Positions 13,975-27,375 of a stretch of DNA of 64,000 nucleotides are shown piece by piece. Both the position numbers and the translations under genes were made by a program. Each line of letters begins with the position of its first letter. Position 1 is the first letter of the stretch. The DNA comes from Phyllosticta citribraziliensis (lineage: Eukaryota). The DNA lies in NCBI RefSeq assembly GCF_038025025.1, contig NW_027117344.1, positions 434,001-498,000 on the forward strand, written 5' to 3'. The notes beneath the pieces are model-generated. The model did no database searches and had not been told where the DNA came from. It saw only the letters and a program-made list of their open reading frames with translations.

Positions 13975-16017
13975 AGCGAGAGAGTGCCTTTAGCCAGGAG
14001 TGTGAGCTTTGTGGTAATGGCGTCGTCTCCCGTGTGTATGACATGGCTCACTGGAGAAGCAATCACAGAAGCAGGAGTTGAAAGGAAGGCGGATCACAAG
14101 AGCAAGCGAGCGTTGGTTTGGTGTTGGTGTTAGTGTGAGCAGCAGGCGGAGAGAGGACAGCAGCAGCAACGAGAGCGAGGGCCACGCATGCATGTATCTA
14201 GTTTGGTTTGCATCGGTCGGAGTGTCTGTTCTCTGTGTCTGGCATCTGCTTCGGTTCGGTTCAAAAATGACATTTCGACCTTTTGCCTTTTCTACCCGCC
14301 CTGTACATGGTTATACAAGAAACTTTTGCGTTCGCAATGCATGGAGCGAGTAGGACGTCATCGTGTCTTCGACTGTGCCTGTGCTGATTGATAATAATGC
14401 CGCAATCCACCGTTGTTTGATGTTGGTGCTCAGCAGCAGCATACGCCAGTGAGGAGACAACGAGCCCGCAAGAGACCACCAGGCAAAGTCATGTTCACTT
14501 GGAGAAGCTCTTTTCGAAGCACGTTCGCGAAGTGCCTTGTCTGAATGGCGGAAGGGATGAGGGCGAGGACGGGGGATTTGCGTCTTTTGTGCTGACTGCA
14601 CTTGCGCTGGCTTCCTCTACGGGAGGTTGATCATAGGGAGGAGAGTCACAATCTAGACGCCTGTACCATCGCACGAGCGAGCGCTTTCGCAGGTAGGTCT
14701 TTGCGCGCGCGGTGGTGGCCAGGAGGCTGCGGTGCTCGGCTCGTGGCATCTGCGCCTACTAGCTCAGGGGTATAAAATGCCCACAGCCTCCCGCTCTCTT
14801 CGACGCTCGTCTACAGAGTCTGTTTTTCCAGCAGAACAGAAAGACTGGGAAAATACGAGCCTACTGTGGGGAAGACGCCCAGGAATAAAACCGTGGACTG
14901 GTTTGGCTTGTCTTTTTCGGCGGGCCTCGTTGAGACTGGCCTTAAGATCTGGGGTATGTACTGTGTTTGGCAGATGTTCGTTGACAGAGAATGATGCTGT
15001 GTTTCTCCATTGATCTACGGTGCTGATTAGGGGCGGCGTTGCGTGGTGGTGCTGCGTCGTCCTTGGAGAAACACAGGCGATGTCTGTCAAAGCAAAGGCA
15101 GATGAGCGGACGCAGGGACGCGCAAAAAGAAACAAAGTGCGTGTTGGCCTGCGCTTGAGATTCATCTGGGGCTCAAGGCGCCTGGCACAGCGAGTTGAAG
15201 CAGGGAGACAGCAAGAAAGCGGACGCTTTTATACTGCTGGCTCCGGCCCCTGCTCGTCAGTTGACGAATGAAAGGGGGCGAATCACTTCACGCGGCTGCT
15301 GCCTACTAAGTTGGCAGGTGATTAACCACATGCCCTTCGCTGGCTCGACGTTGCTCTGGTGTCTTCGCTGAGTATAAATTCTGCTCCTCTCCTCGCTCTT
15401 TTGCTTATTCACAACAGGAGCACCGCGGGCAGTTTGAAAGCCTGGCAAGACGAAATGCACTGCACTGCCATCCTCGCCGGACATCTTTGACTGTGGAGGA
15501 TGGGCTGTCTCTTTTTCCATTGTTTCTTTCCTCGCCAGACTTCTCAAGCTTCCAGTGTCAGTGTAGTAGGTGTGTCTGCATAGCGGAATAATGCTCCTCA
15601 TCAACATCTCGCAACGACAATGCACACCAACATTTCCAGCACGCAGTGCAAGCGCCCCAGATCTTCCCCGCCGCGTATTTCAGGCACGACTGGAGTAAAC
15701 CAGGCAGGGCAAACACAACCACACGAGAAGTACATGGGGTATTGCTCGGTTCCGTTGTAGTCATCTCCAATCTTCAAAACCTCCAGTCCATGGAGATGCT
15801 GTCGACAGCGTTCGCAGTGACGCGAGGTCATATACCTACCCCTCCACAACCACACCTCGCGCAAGAACGCTCCAAGCACGACACCACACACCGACATCCC
15901 CGTGCCCTCCCGCGCCACTGCGTGCCTCCTTCCCCTGCGGCTCCCTCCCTATTAAAGCAACCTCCCCGCACACCTTCGATCGACGCATCGTACCCTCCAC
16001 AGACAAGAGAACTCACG

Positions 16018-16132
16018 CTGGAGATTCTCGACTGCGGAGGAGACACAGTGGGAATTCTCGACTGTGGAGGTGGAGGCGCGGTGGAGAATTCACGATGGAA
16101 ACCGGACTTGGAGGTCCTGACTGCGGGAGGGG
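16018..16132. repeat. Degenerate ~30-bp minisatellite (3-4 units)
   Basis: GGAGATTCTCGACTGCGGAGG / GGGAATTCTCGACTGTGGAGG / GGAGAATTCACGATGG / GGAGGTCCTGACTGCGGGAGG. Confidence 0.6.
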
Positions 16133-18299
16133 TTTGTCTGTTCTGCTTTGGGTTATGGTAGAGATATGTGTTGGACTTCTTTATCTTGTGGTGGTGAAGG
16201 GATGTATTGATGTGGGGGGCTGGAAGTCTGGGTTTGCGGAGATGTTGTGCGTTGGTTTGTTGAAAGCATTTTCCAGAAGACAGACAGCGCAAACAGAGCA
16301 GCAGGGCAGTCGAAATTGGTTCGTGTGTTGGCGCTCATGTGGCCTTCTTCGGGCGCTGTCAGATGCAGAATTTCAGTCTTACTTGCAGTCTCTTAAATAC
16401 CCCTGGCAGTCCACCCACATGGAAAAAGAGACAGCGCAGACGACACGGTCACGCGCGTAGATTTCGAGGTCCCTCATGTGGCTCTGCTGATTGGTCCGGG
16501 TTTCCTGGGTCTCGAAATCTCCCTTCGGTCCTTCAGACCTGCGGGTATAAAACTTGCCAGATAGAGTGATGAGGGAGGCCAGTCAACCAACCCCTTTGAC
16601 AAGTCAAAAAGGCAAAGAAAATAGTGGCTTCGGTGTCTCGCGTTCTTGCGTTTCTTTGACTGTGGTGGTTGTGGTTTCTTCTCTCCCTCACTCGCCAGCT
16701 CTTCTCTCGTTTTCCTCTACCCCTGAAATGGGTGAATTTCATGACACGAAGATGATGGAACTTAGCAGTGCCTCTGTATCCTCACATCCAGCATTACCTT
16801 CAAACAACAACAGATTTCAATTCCAGAGGCTCGAAAGAGAGCGAAGTCGACATGGATGTTGCGTCGTTTGCAGAAAACAAGAGCCAGGACACACACAGTG
16901 TTGTTCATGAACTGAGTGAAGTTTCTCAAAACAAAAAGTGCTTCTGTCAGTTGCAGTTCCGATCCACCGCACTTCCGCCTCGACTTATATACCCGCAGAA
17001 CTCTCATTCGCACATGATAAGAGAGCACCTGCGTCTGCCTAGTCCCCGCTCACTTATCTCCGCCTTGTGACCATTCAGCTGTCAATCACAAGCCGCTCGG
17101 GCGTTTTCTTCGCCTACCCGTGCTCCTCCTCCCCTCCCCTCCACTCCACATATAAAAACCCCGCCCTTCTGCGCAGAACAATCAATCCTCCATCAAAAGC
17201 GCAGCAGCCTGAATCCAGCACACCACCAAAGGCTCACTGGTGCTGCGCTGTGAGATTTCCGCAGGAGGCGCAGTGCCCACTTTTCTTTTGCTTCGTCTTC
17301 GCCCTTGTCGCGCGCTAGTCTCACGAACACTTCACAGGCACGCGTTATTGGAAAACGACAAACTCTACTATTAGGAGCGTATGATGCTGTGGAGCATCAT
17401 TCTACCATACTACTCTACTGACGGGCCCTGAAAACCTTTCTAGCCCTCCTCGCCCAGTCGTTCCAGCGCAGGACCCTAGAAACCAGTATGTTCCATCCAG
17501 CGGGGAGAAGCGACGGGCCAAGTGAGACGTTGAAGTACTGTGTTCCCCTTCTGACAAAGAAGTGTTAGTTGGAGGGTGTGCAGGTCCGACTCCCCGGTTT
17601 ATATACCCGTAGATCTAGACGAGCACATGGCATGGCAGAGAGACGAAGAGAGGCATATGAACGCTTTCACGCGCTGCTCCTATAACTGGACCTTGTTCGT
17701 GCGTCTGACAGGCCAGTGATCAGCAGCGCATCAGATCTCGGGCCCCACGCCTTGCATGCCCTCTCTCCGCTCAGGTATAAATTTACGACTCCAAGTGTAG
17801 AAGCGTATGCAATTCTCAAGCGGGCTTGCTTTCTGTCGCAGCAAACAAAGAGTGAGACACGAATGGTGTGGCAACAACGACCGAGAAATACTTACTTCTT
17901 TGCCGGCCGGCGGCCAGCGCTCCTTGTTCCCTTTCACCGTGTCAGAAGGAAGCCACGGCAGGCCGAGTCCGTGCACACGATCATCATAGAGTAACAACGA
18001 TGAAGAACGCCGTCACTACTGATGTCCACGTCTGCCTGTCGGATTGGTATCTACAACCACACTCACTACCTATACAACCGCTCAACCCACCGCACGAAAA
18101 ACGCTGCGCTATAGACGCTACACTACACGACACATCACTGTACCAGACGCCGGGCCACGCTTCACCCCGCCCGCTCGCCAACAACGCTTACACACACACA
18201 AACCCTAGACAAACTATTACACACCCAACGCTCCACGCACAAAGCTACTCTGTACACACGCGCGCGCCACGGCTATCCCATATACCCCGCCTGCCTCAC

Positions 18300-21200
18300 T
18301 CAGGGCGGCAGCGCCTTCCCGTAATCGACGACGCCCGCAGCACCCGGGGAGCCTCTGGCCGGCGGCTCGCTGTCGCCCTCTCTCCTGACGCCATCGACGT
18401 CGCTGTAAGCGGCGGCCACCGCAGAAGGGGCCAGAGCAGCAGCAGGGGTAGCAGGAGTAGCAGCATGCTCCTTATCCAGCGGCGGGATCAAGGGCGGCAT
18501 GCCCGTGGCGCCTGGGACGCCGAGCTGGGCCTGCTGGCGGGGGCTCGACGGCGTGGAGCCAGCACCACCGTGCTGCTGCAGCTGGCGCAGCGACGACGCC
18601 GCCGACGAAGACGAGGGCGCGCCAACGCCAGCACCCGCAGCAGCACCAGGACTGCTTGCGGCGGCAGAAGAGGTCGCGGCGTGCTTGATCTCCTTGCGGC
18701 CGTTGGCGCGGTAGTACAGCAGGACGTCGCCGCCGCCGCGCCAGACGTGGGCGCGGATCGTGGCCAGCGTCATGGTGGGCGGGATGAGCTGGCCGTTGCA
18801 GTAGAGCTCGAGGTACTCCTCGGGCCGCATGGCGTCCGGGTCGGGCTGCTCGGGCGCCGGCTCGATGCGCTCGGCGACGTAGGCCATGATCTTGCGTGCG
18901 CGCAGCATGCGGTTGGCGTTGAGGCGGTTGTTGCCGTCGGTGGCGATGGGCGGCAGTTGTGGGGTTGATGCGTGTGGTTCGAGGATGAAGCTGACTTTGA
19001 CGATTTCTTTCAGGGGTGGCGAGTTCTGCGGGAACTAGGTTAGCTTTGGACAGGCCATGGCGAGCACGTTTTCAGGGGCCAGGGGAGAGATGGCTCTACT
19101 CACTCTCAAAAGAACCTCTCCCAACCATTTGGGCGCCACCTTTTCAATCAAATCTGCCTGCTGCGCAAGGCTGCCCACCTTGCCCTCAAACAAGTCAGCC
19201 ACACCACCCGCGTCCAACCTATCCTCCTGAATCAAAATCGTCGTGTTAAGCGGCGGCTTCAAAACAGGCGTCTCGTTAGCCAGACTAGGCGTAATGGCCG
19301 AAGTCAGAGCCTGCGCCCCCTCATTCACGTCGTCCTCATACTTGTGCCGAATGGTTTGCACAACGCCCAAGAAGCTGTCTTCAATGACGCGGTCTTCCGT
19401 TTTGGTGCTAGACCGCCCATCAGAGTCGCCTTCGTGGGTCGTCGGAGCCTTTTCGTCTGATCCGCCGTCGCTGCCAGTCTTATTGGTGTGGTTGTTACCC
19501 CCAGCGGCGGAGGCTTCGGCCGTAGGTGTGCGAGAAAGCTTGCGGCCCATGCCAAAGGACATTTTGAACTTGCGACCAAACATGGTGCCTTCTTTCCCGC
19601 CGTCCTTTTCCGTCGACGGTGATTGAGGAACCCCTTCGTCATGAGAATCTCGCGGAGTGGCGCTGACGCTGGGGCTGAGCGGTGGTGCTTGTTGCGAAAA
19701 GTAGTCGCCAGAGGCGCGGTCCTGGCTACCCCTGGATGTACTTTTTTCAAGATTCCCCCCTTCTTCTGCTGTTGGAGGTAGCGCCGTGGAATGCGAGGTC
19801 GGAAGCGGAGGAGCAGCTGCCGGTGTTGCGACGCCGATAGCCAGACCTGGAGTGTGAAGGGGGAGGCCGGCGCCGTTAGCACGAAGAGTAGTGGCCGAAG
19901 ACGGTGCAGATGCGTCCTTCCAGCCGTTCATCGTGGACTGCGGGATCTGAATCGTCCCTGGTGATTTTCCGCGTTGCTTCTTTTCGTTCAAAAGCCATTC
20001 CCTAAACGCCTCATCCCTTTTGATCTCCTCATCAATCAGGTTCGCAAAAAGATATCGCAAGATCCATTTTCCAAGGTTGACTGTCGACAGTTAGCGAAGC
20101 CCATCTTCGATGCGTTCCAGACTTACTCCGCTGGTCCTCTCGAAACTCAATCGGCTCCTCCAACTCCAACTCATCGGCGTACATTTCGGCGTCAAAGCAA
20201 TAGTTTTCTTCCAAAACGCACGTCAGGCTGCCCGTGCGAGTGTCTATGGCGCACCAGTGAGCCACGGTTTCTGTCGTGTTCACTTCCGGGGCGACGTCTT
20301 CCAAATGGCGTTTCCCAAACGATTTGATGGGTGCGCACTGTAGCAAGTCCCACAAGATAACCTCGCCGGCGGTGTCCAGGGTCAATACTCTTCTCCTGTC
20401 GTTCAACAAAACGTGTTTGATCAAGCCATTCTGGCCTTCAATGGAAAAATCTGGCAAGCCTCGCACCGGTGTCACGCCGTTTTCGTCCTCCATCAACGCT
20501 TCTGACGGCTTTCTGACGCTAAGTGAGGAGTGTACCGTCGAAGAATCGGGGTCGCGATGGTACAGGTGGAACGAAGCTGCGTTTGACATGCGCAACAACG
20601 CGCTCCGAGGAATCTTTTCCGTGGCCATTGACGACGCGGTCGGGGGCGGAGAGGTCGGGGAAGTCGGCGAAGGCAGTCGCGTCCTGTTTGTGGCAGAGCT
20701 TAACCGGTGATGTTTGTAGTCAGGCATTTGAACGTCAGCCTCGGTGTTGACATCATGCCAGCGGTTGATGCTCGAACTCGAAGTTCCAGTCCATAAATAG
20801 TTGCCCGCTGCCACAACCTTGTTGACACCCTCATGCTCCTGACAGACTCCGACTGACAGTCCCTCGTCCATCTCGATGCAGCCCCTGACGTCCGTCTTCG
20901 CAACCAGCCCTGAGCGGTCGCTCGAGTAAAACACCGACAGCTGCGGGTGATCCGAGTACAGGGACCACACGCTATCGTTGTGCATCGTCAGGGTGTACAT
21001 GCACCTCCCCGCAGTCATGGACCACACCTTGACTGTCTGGTCCGACGACGCCGTCATTATGGTATCACCCCCCTCGGCAATCATCACATCGCGAATGTTG
21101 TCCGTGTGTCCTACAAACTTGGTGATGCGCTTGCCGGACCGCGCATCCCAGACTCGGACTATGCTCTCTGGTCCACCGCCGGCGACCAGTGTATTTGTGG

Positions 21201-21936
21201 CAGCGAGCGCGTAGACGGAGCCTTTGGCGGCGCTTTCATCCTCGACGCCGATTTGCAGCGTTTGGCCTGCGCCATTGAGATCCCATAGATTTATCTTGCG
21301 ATCCAAGCCGCCAGAGGCGACCCAGTTGGCAGTCGGGCTAGGCGAGGCGAGGCACTTAACATAGTCGCTGTGCAGGCCGATGGTCTGAGGAGGGGTAGCT
21401 TCGTGGGCGGCGGGCCGCCATAGCTTGACCGAAATGTCGGAGGAGGCGGAGACAAGGGCTTCGTTGTTTTGGGCGAGGGTGATGTCGTTGATCCAGTGGG
21501 TATGTGCCTGGACCTGCTGGCGGAAGAGGGTGTCGGGGTTGGCGTGGGCGTCGTCGTCGAGGTTGTTGGACAGCGACGTGTAGTTCTCCTTGTCGCGCGG
21601 GGGGCGCAAGTCGAGGTTCAGGTCCCAGGCGCAAATGACGCCGTCTCTGCCGCCAGAGTAGCTGTCGCGCGGTCAGGGTGCGGGGCAAGACAGGTGAAGG
21701 GTGGGAGGTGGATGACGTGACGTACAGGATGGAGTTGTAGGGATCTACAGCCAGGCCGTTGACACCGAGGCGATGGCCGCCTGCGGAGTTGACCAGAGGC
21801 AAGACTGGTGGGTTGGCGTGAGCACAGAGTTGAGCTTTGCGAGTCCCTGCCTGGGTGTCCGTGTAACTCGAACAGGCAAGGGTTGGCGTTGAAGCAGCTT
21901 ACCGTACGAGATACGCTTGCGCGCGTTGCGCCCCAT
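18300..21936 (-). CDS. WDR48: WD40-repeat deubiquitinase cofactor WDR48/UAF1 (Duf1/Bun107 ortholog), 5 exons, ~1116 aa
   Basis: Exons (minus) 21936-21903, 21804-21726, 21661-20127, 20080-19104, 19025-18300. N-terminus [32 protein letters not shown] repeats ([23 protein letters not shown]), [12 protein letters not shown], and a C-terminal ubiquitin-like region [13 protein letters not shown]...[34 protein letters not shown]. Confidence 0.92.
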
Positions 21937-22070
21937 CCCACTTTGGTTGGTTGTTTAGCGGATCATAGGTCGGGCATGGGGTTACGGCTGACGGACGGGC
22001 GGCGACTTGTGGGTGGGAGAGGGCCGTCGGAGGGACGAAGGGAGGAGGCGCGAGGAGAGGAGGGGAGCTG

Positions 22071-22100
22071 GATTGGATTGGATTGGATTGGATTGGATTG
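22071..22100. repeat. (GATTG)6 microsatellite upstream of WDR48
   Basis: Read directly; it forms tandem CCAAT repeats on the gene's strand. Confidence 0.9.
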
Positions 22101-22912
22101 GGCTGGACGTGGACTCGAGCAGCAACGGCCCGAGGCAGCAATCGAAGACGGATGGTAAGTAGGTAGTATGTATGTATGTACAGAGGAGGGTTCACGTTGC
22201 AGCAGAATGGATGGATCAATGGAAATTGCCAAGTGCCGGCATACGACGTACCGCAGCTACGGACATGCCCTGGGCGACTCCAGGTCCCATCTCACTCGAA
22301 ATGACGCGGTCTCCGGACAAGCCAACGGGGAACGGCATCCTTCAGGCTCAGGCAGGCCAAAGGCACACGTCCCCAGGAACCTGAGCCAGCTGTCGCGCCC
22401 CACGCGCTGCCATGACCCGCCGATCGCCCAGCCACTACGTTACCTCGCGAGAGCCACCTCCCGTCGCGACTACAACCGCCGTCGCATTGCCTGCCTGTAT
22501 ACCACACCACCGATTACACGCTGACGGCAGCCTTTGGCACAGAAGGTGTCGACTCAGACATCACCAAAACTTCACACCGCCAAACACCAAGCCATGGCGC
22601 GTCCGCCAAGAAGATGCCTTGGTTCTCGGCTTGATCGTCTCTCATAAATCGCGCCGAGTGGCAGTCGCTCGCGCTTTTGTGCTCCCACAAGCTTCCCAAC
22701 TCCACGGCCACCAGACCCGCAATGAAACAATCAAACTCGCGAATCTATGTAAAGGCCGCAATCTAACCCGACCCAACCCAATCCGACCCAGTAACCAGAA
22801 TTCCGTGTCCCGCCCATGCCGTCAGCACAGTAAACCTTGACCCAAGTTTTTCCAGAAACCGCAGTATAAAAAGCAAAAGTCCACACCATCGCTTGACAAT
22901 CGAAGTTGATCA

Positions 22913-24357
22913 TCAACCGCTCAACAAATCCCTCACGCTCATCTTCCCCCTCACCGGAGCCCTCGCCTCCTGCACTGCCCCCCTGGCTGCCGCATCCACT
23001 CCCCTTCCATCCCATCGTCTGCGATCGCTGTTCAACATCAACAGAGCCGCCGTCGCCTCATGGTCCTCTCTCGAATCCGGCTGCGGGCCCAGCGCTGGAC
23101 TCGTCAGCGAAAAGCTGTGATTCCTCTCCGCGCTCATGCCCATGGCTCCCGGGCTCGGCAGGATGCTAGGGCTTGCCGTGTTGGAGTGGGAGCCCGTGGT
23201 TGAGAAGACGTAGTTCTGGTGCGCTCCTTGCGCCCCGTACATGGCCGGAGAAGTGATGATGGACGAGGGGCGTCGACTGCTGCCGCTAATGCTTGCATTG
23301 GACGGCGTAGGCCAAATTGCTGGCGATGTGGTCGCAGAAAAGGTAGGCCGGTCCCCCGAGTCGACTGGGTCAATCGACGGCGATGTTGTTGTGCTGTGGC
23401 TACCGGGGGCGGCGTGCATGGGCTGCGTGAAAGGAGCATTGGGTGTGTGCGAAGGCGAGATGTCGGACATTTTTTCATCCTGGTCATCCTCGTCTTCAGA
23501 GGGTGCGTCATCAAAGTCTTCCTGGGTTGGCTTTGAGGGATTTGGTGTAGGATAGTTGGACTCGCTCTGCAAAGCTCCTGCATCGGGCACATTCTGTTTG
23601 GATCGATTTGTCTTGAGTTCTGCGACACAGTGCTCGAGATATCGCATGTACTCGATGCTAGCCTGGTAAGCTGTCAGTCTACAGAATCAACGAGTGGACA
23701 ATGGGTCTCATCATAACTGACCTGGAGGATCGCAAGCTTGTGCATCTCTTGCCCGGCGCAGGCTGGAATCATGTCTTTAAGTGTGCCAAACTCTTCATTC
23801 ATCTTGGACCTTCGCCGACGTTCGATGAGACTGTGAGCAGTCTTTCGGGCAATCTTCCGGCCGGCAGCGGTCGATCCGTTGCCATTCTTTTTGCCTCGCC
23901 CATTGCCTCCCGCTGATGAAGTGTTGTTGCCCTTGGCTTTTGAAGTCCCTGGCGACGTGGAGAGAGCGGCGGCATCTTGAGTTGCGCTCGCACGCTCATC
24001 CTCGTCTTCCGGGCCCTTGGGCTTCATTTGGATAATCTTGCGCAGACGAGTCGGGGGTGGAGGGAGATTGTAGTCATCGTCTTTGGCAGAGGCAGCGCCG
24101 TTGGCGGCCGCGGGACGTTTTCTAGAGCTGGTGGGCGACGTGTGGGTGACGGGCGAGGTGGGATGATACGACGAGTCCGAGGCATTGCACGAAGCCACGC
24201 TCGAGGAGCTGACGCTGCCTCTACTGTTGCTTCGCTCGGCGGCGAGGGCGGCGGGAGGGAGGGTCCACGAAGGGTCGTGGGCGAGACCAGGGTCAGCTGG
24301 CTTGCCAGTGATGTCGGTCGAGGCGGCGGGCGTGGGCGGCAGGGCAGGGCGCGGCAT
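22913..24357 (-). CDS. bHLH transcription factor, 2 exons, ~461 aa
   Basis: Exons 24357-23722 and 23662-22913 (intron GTCAGT...CTGAC...CAG). Spliced bHLH: RKTAHSLIERRRRSKMNEEFGTLKDMIPAC..EMHKLAILQASIEYMRYLE. C-terminal motifs HEATAALLMLN and MSVRDLL. Confidence 0.9.
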
Positions 24358-24627
24358 TGTGGGCAAGCTGGGTCGACGAGGAGAAGAGGAAGATGGAGAG
24401 AAGTGAAGATGGACAGAGGCAAACGACGTCAAGTATTTGTTCTGTGCCGCTCTTTGGCATCTGAGGACGACATGGTGCACGCGACACCTCTGCGTGGTAT
24501 GATAGGCCTGTCGCGGCGCAATCGACGTCGAGGCAGCCTCCGCAACCCACGTTTCTGCCTCGCCCGTCTGATTGGCCGGCGCGCCAACTAAGCTCCTCTC
24601 TAGTCTTTACATGCTCCCTCCCTCTCC

Positions 24628-27033
24628 TTAGCTCCACATCCTGCACGTTCCGTCTGCCCCCGCGCTCACGCACCATGGCTGCCGCGGGTGCCAGTCGACA
24701 TCCAACACCCCCAGCTCCTTTTTGACCTGGTGACCCCGAAGCACCTTGAGCGGCACGATCGTCGCGTTCTCCATCAGATCCCCCACCACCTTGCCGTGGA
24801 AGATTTGAAGACTGCCGTCGTCGCTGGCGTCGGCAAACAGGGGCAGCCCGCCCTGATGGAACCGCACCGACCGAATCGCCTTGGAGTGATACCGCAGCGT
24901 CTTGTACGGCTTGTTTGATAGGTCCAGGTCGTGCCAGAGCAGCCGCTTGTCGTAGGAACCCACAATGAGATTGTCGCCACCGGGATGCAAGTCGAATGAC
25001 GATATCCACCTCGCTCCTGGCTGCAGAATCTTGAGCAGCTCTTGCTTGGAAAGGTCGTAGCTGCGGATCCACCGCTGAGTCGCCACGAAGAAGATGGGCT
25101 TCGAGGGGTGAAACTGTGCCGTTTGGGCGATGCCCTTGAGTTTGCGGAAGGGGAGCTGCGTCATGTGCTTGGACAACGTGTGAATTGCCACAGCACTGCT
25201 TTGGCCCTTGGGAGAAACCGTCGCAAAGTACTCTCCTCGTCTGTGCCAGTTGATGACCTTGATTGCCGACCTCACAGTTGCTTGCACAAGAACACCCTGT
25301 TCCTCCAATCGAGAGCCCGGCCGGCTCCACTTGGCCGGGGGTGCCTTGGGCAAGCCATCTGCAGTGGTAAGTCTTTGGGGGTTCTGGGCAGCATAACCCC
25401 AGCCAGCGTCGAGAATTTCTCGGCTGGCCTGCTCAATGTCCGGCGTGACGGAAGAAAGGCCGAACGGAACCATGAGGAAAACGTCTTCGCCAGCAGCTGC
25501 AGCAAGGACGACGGCTTCCTGGCCAGGCCGCCATCTCACGACATTGACGGCTTCCTCGTCGGAAAGCTTCACACTCCATTCCTGTCGCCCAGTGACAATG
25601 TTCCAAATCTTGACGCAGCCGTCGTCACCTGCACTTGCAATGAATCTGCCACTGGGATCGACCGACAAGCTGCGCACGCGACCTTCATGGCCGCGGAACA
25701 AGGTTGCGCAAGTCGTGGGGAAAGGTCGCAGCTCATCCGGACTGGGGAGCTTAGGAAGCAGAGATTCAGGGTCAATGTTGAGCTTGCTGCGACGGACGCG
25801 AGGTGCAAGATATAGATCCAGACATCTTTCAAACTTCTCCCGCAGGAACGAGTTGTATCCAGGAACCTTGCGTAGCGCGTCGTGATCTGTCGGCAGAAAT
25901 TCACGCTCGCGGTCCTCCTCGTCGGCAGTCTCCCAGGTGTCTTTTTCTTTCTTGCTTGGGAGATACTCGGGTGGTGGGTGGTAGCTCTCCTCATGGATTG
26001 GAGGGGGCAATTTCGGAGCAGGCAAGTGCATTGCGTGGTCGGCTCTGGGGGTCTCGTCTGCCCACAAGTCGTAGTTGTAAAACTTGATGTCGGAATCCTC
26101 CTCGTCCTGCTCCTGAGGAGGCTTGTACGGTTGGATGCGCCCTTCCTTGATTGCCTTGACAATCTTCATGACCCTCTTGGCCTCGTGCTTTGAGGGAACA
26201 AATCTTCTCTTTGGCTCCGGTGCCGCACTCAGTGGCATTAATTCCGTCTTCCCTGAGAAGTACTCAACCATGTCCGGGTATGGGTCGTAGCCCTCGCCAG
26301 CAGTTTCATTGCGAGTGACTTGCTTCAATACTTCCAACTCCTCCCGGCTCAGCTGCATCGGCTTGCCAGTCTCTGGGTCTGTCAATCCAGTCCATCCCTT
26401 GGGTATATCTATGCTTTCAAGCAGCGCGTCCAATGCCTCGCCCTTGGCGGGGCGCATAATTTTCTTTCCATTGATGTCGTAGCCGATGTGAGGGTAAGAT
26501 TCGTAAAACGAGAGGGGAATGTTTCCGATGGTGTTCTTCTGGCCAGAAGGTGCATCGGAATCGTCGGTGTCATATCCGGCTTCAATTTCCTGGTAAACGT
26601 AGCGAGGGTTGCCGTTCGCGTCCTCGGTGACTGTGTAGTTCTTCTCCAACTTTTCCCAACTGTATTCGGGGTCATTGTCTTCAGGCTCCTGCGACTCCAT
26701 GCGAACATCTCTATCTCCAGCATCTGCTGTTTGTGTGGTCGCCGACTTGCTCTTTAGATTCCGGATTTGTTCGCGAATGTCGTCGTCGTCGCCGTCCTCT
26801 TCTTCCGATGGAATCTCGTCGCTGTCAAGCTCCTCGTCCTCCTCCTCCGCATCATTGTCCCCGTCTTCACTGTCTAGCTCTTCCTCTTCCGCGCTGCTGT
26901 CTGAATCGTCGTCGCTCTGAGACAAGATTCCTTCAAGATGGCCGCCGTGAAATTCATCGCCGGAGGTGGCAGTCTCGGGGGCCGAGTCGCGAGTGACTGC
27001 CTTTCTTTTTCTGCTTTGCGTAGTCGAAGGCAT
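24628..27033 (-). CDS. ERB1: Ribosome biogenesis protein Erb1/BOP1 (PeBoW complex), single exon, 801 aa
   Basis: Acidic N-terminus, BOP1NT motifs ([57 protein letters not shown]) and a C-terminal WD40 propeller ending [12 protein letters not shown]. Confidence 0.97.
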   Translation of the reverse strand: MPSTTQSRKRKAVTRDSAPETATSGDEFHGGHLEGILSQSDDDSDSSAEEEELDSEDGDNDAEEEDEELDSDEIPSEEEDGDDDDIREQIRNLKSKSATTQTADAGDRDVRMESQEPEDNDPEYSWEKLEKNYTVTEDANGNPRYVYQEIEAGYDTDDSDAPSGQKNTIGNIPLSFYESYPHIGYDINGKKIMRPAKGEALDALLESIDIPKGWTGLTDPETGKPMQLSREELEVLKQVTRNETAGEGYDPYPDMVEYFSGKTELMPLSAAPEPKRRFVPSKHEAKRVMKIVKAIKEGRIQPYKPPQEQDEEDSDIKFYNYDLWADETPRADHAMHLPAPKLPPPIHEESYHPPPEYLPSKKEKDTWETADEEDREREFLPTDHDALRKVPGYNSFLREKFERCLDLYLAPRVRRSKLNIDPESLLPKLPSPDELRPFPTTCATLFRGHEGRVRSLSVDPSGRFIASAGDDGCVKIWNIVTGRQEWSVKLSDEEAVNVVRWRPGQEAVVLAAAAGEDVFLMVPFGLSSVTPDIEQASREILDAGWGYAAQNPQRLTTADGLPKAPPAKWSRPGSRLEEQGVLVQATVRSAIKVINWHRRGEYFATVSPKGQSSAVAIHTLSKHMTQLPFRKLKGIAQTAQFHPSKPIFFVATQRWIRSYDLSKQELLKILQPGARWISSFDLHPGGDNLIVGSYDKRLLWHDLDLSNKPYKTLRYHSKAIRSVRFHQGGLPLFADASDDGSLQIFHGKVVGDLMENATIVPLKVLRGHQVKKELGVLDVDWHPRQPWCVSAGADGTCRMWS

Positions 27034-27375
27034 GGCTACCTCTCAATCCAAGGTGGAAAAGTGTGTGCTGGGAATGTGCGGGAAAAAAACGCGCGACCAT
27101 CCGTGTCGCGGACAACTTTTTTGAAATGGCTTCGGTTCGTCTTCGGGAGACAGCTGAAAAGCGCGGGCCGTGGGGCGTCTTGCGCAGATCCCGCACAGAC
27201 CACATTTCAAGCTCGACCAGCAACCTAACGTCGTCTTGCATGTTGGCCATCCCAAACCAGCATCTCTGCCTTTGCCTCTGAAAACTTCGACATTGTCTTG
27301 GCCTGACTGCATACCTCCAATCGCTCTCCGAAGGCTCACACTTAGTACGGCTCGCAAGCCTTCTGGCCCGCAGAG
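27034..27375. promoter_or_regulatory. Compact bidirectional promoter between ERB1 and PRP5
   Basis: 342 bp between divergent start codons of two RNA-processing genes; contains A/T tracts and CGCG motifs. Confidence 0.6.

Noticed and set aside
17868..18968. 366-aa plus-strand ORF
   Set aside because: Antisense to the last WDR48 exon and its 3'UTR; low-complexity composition.
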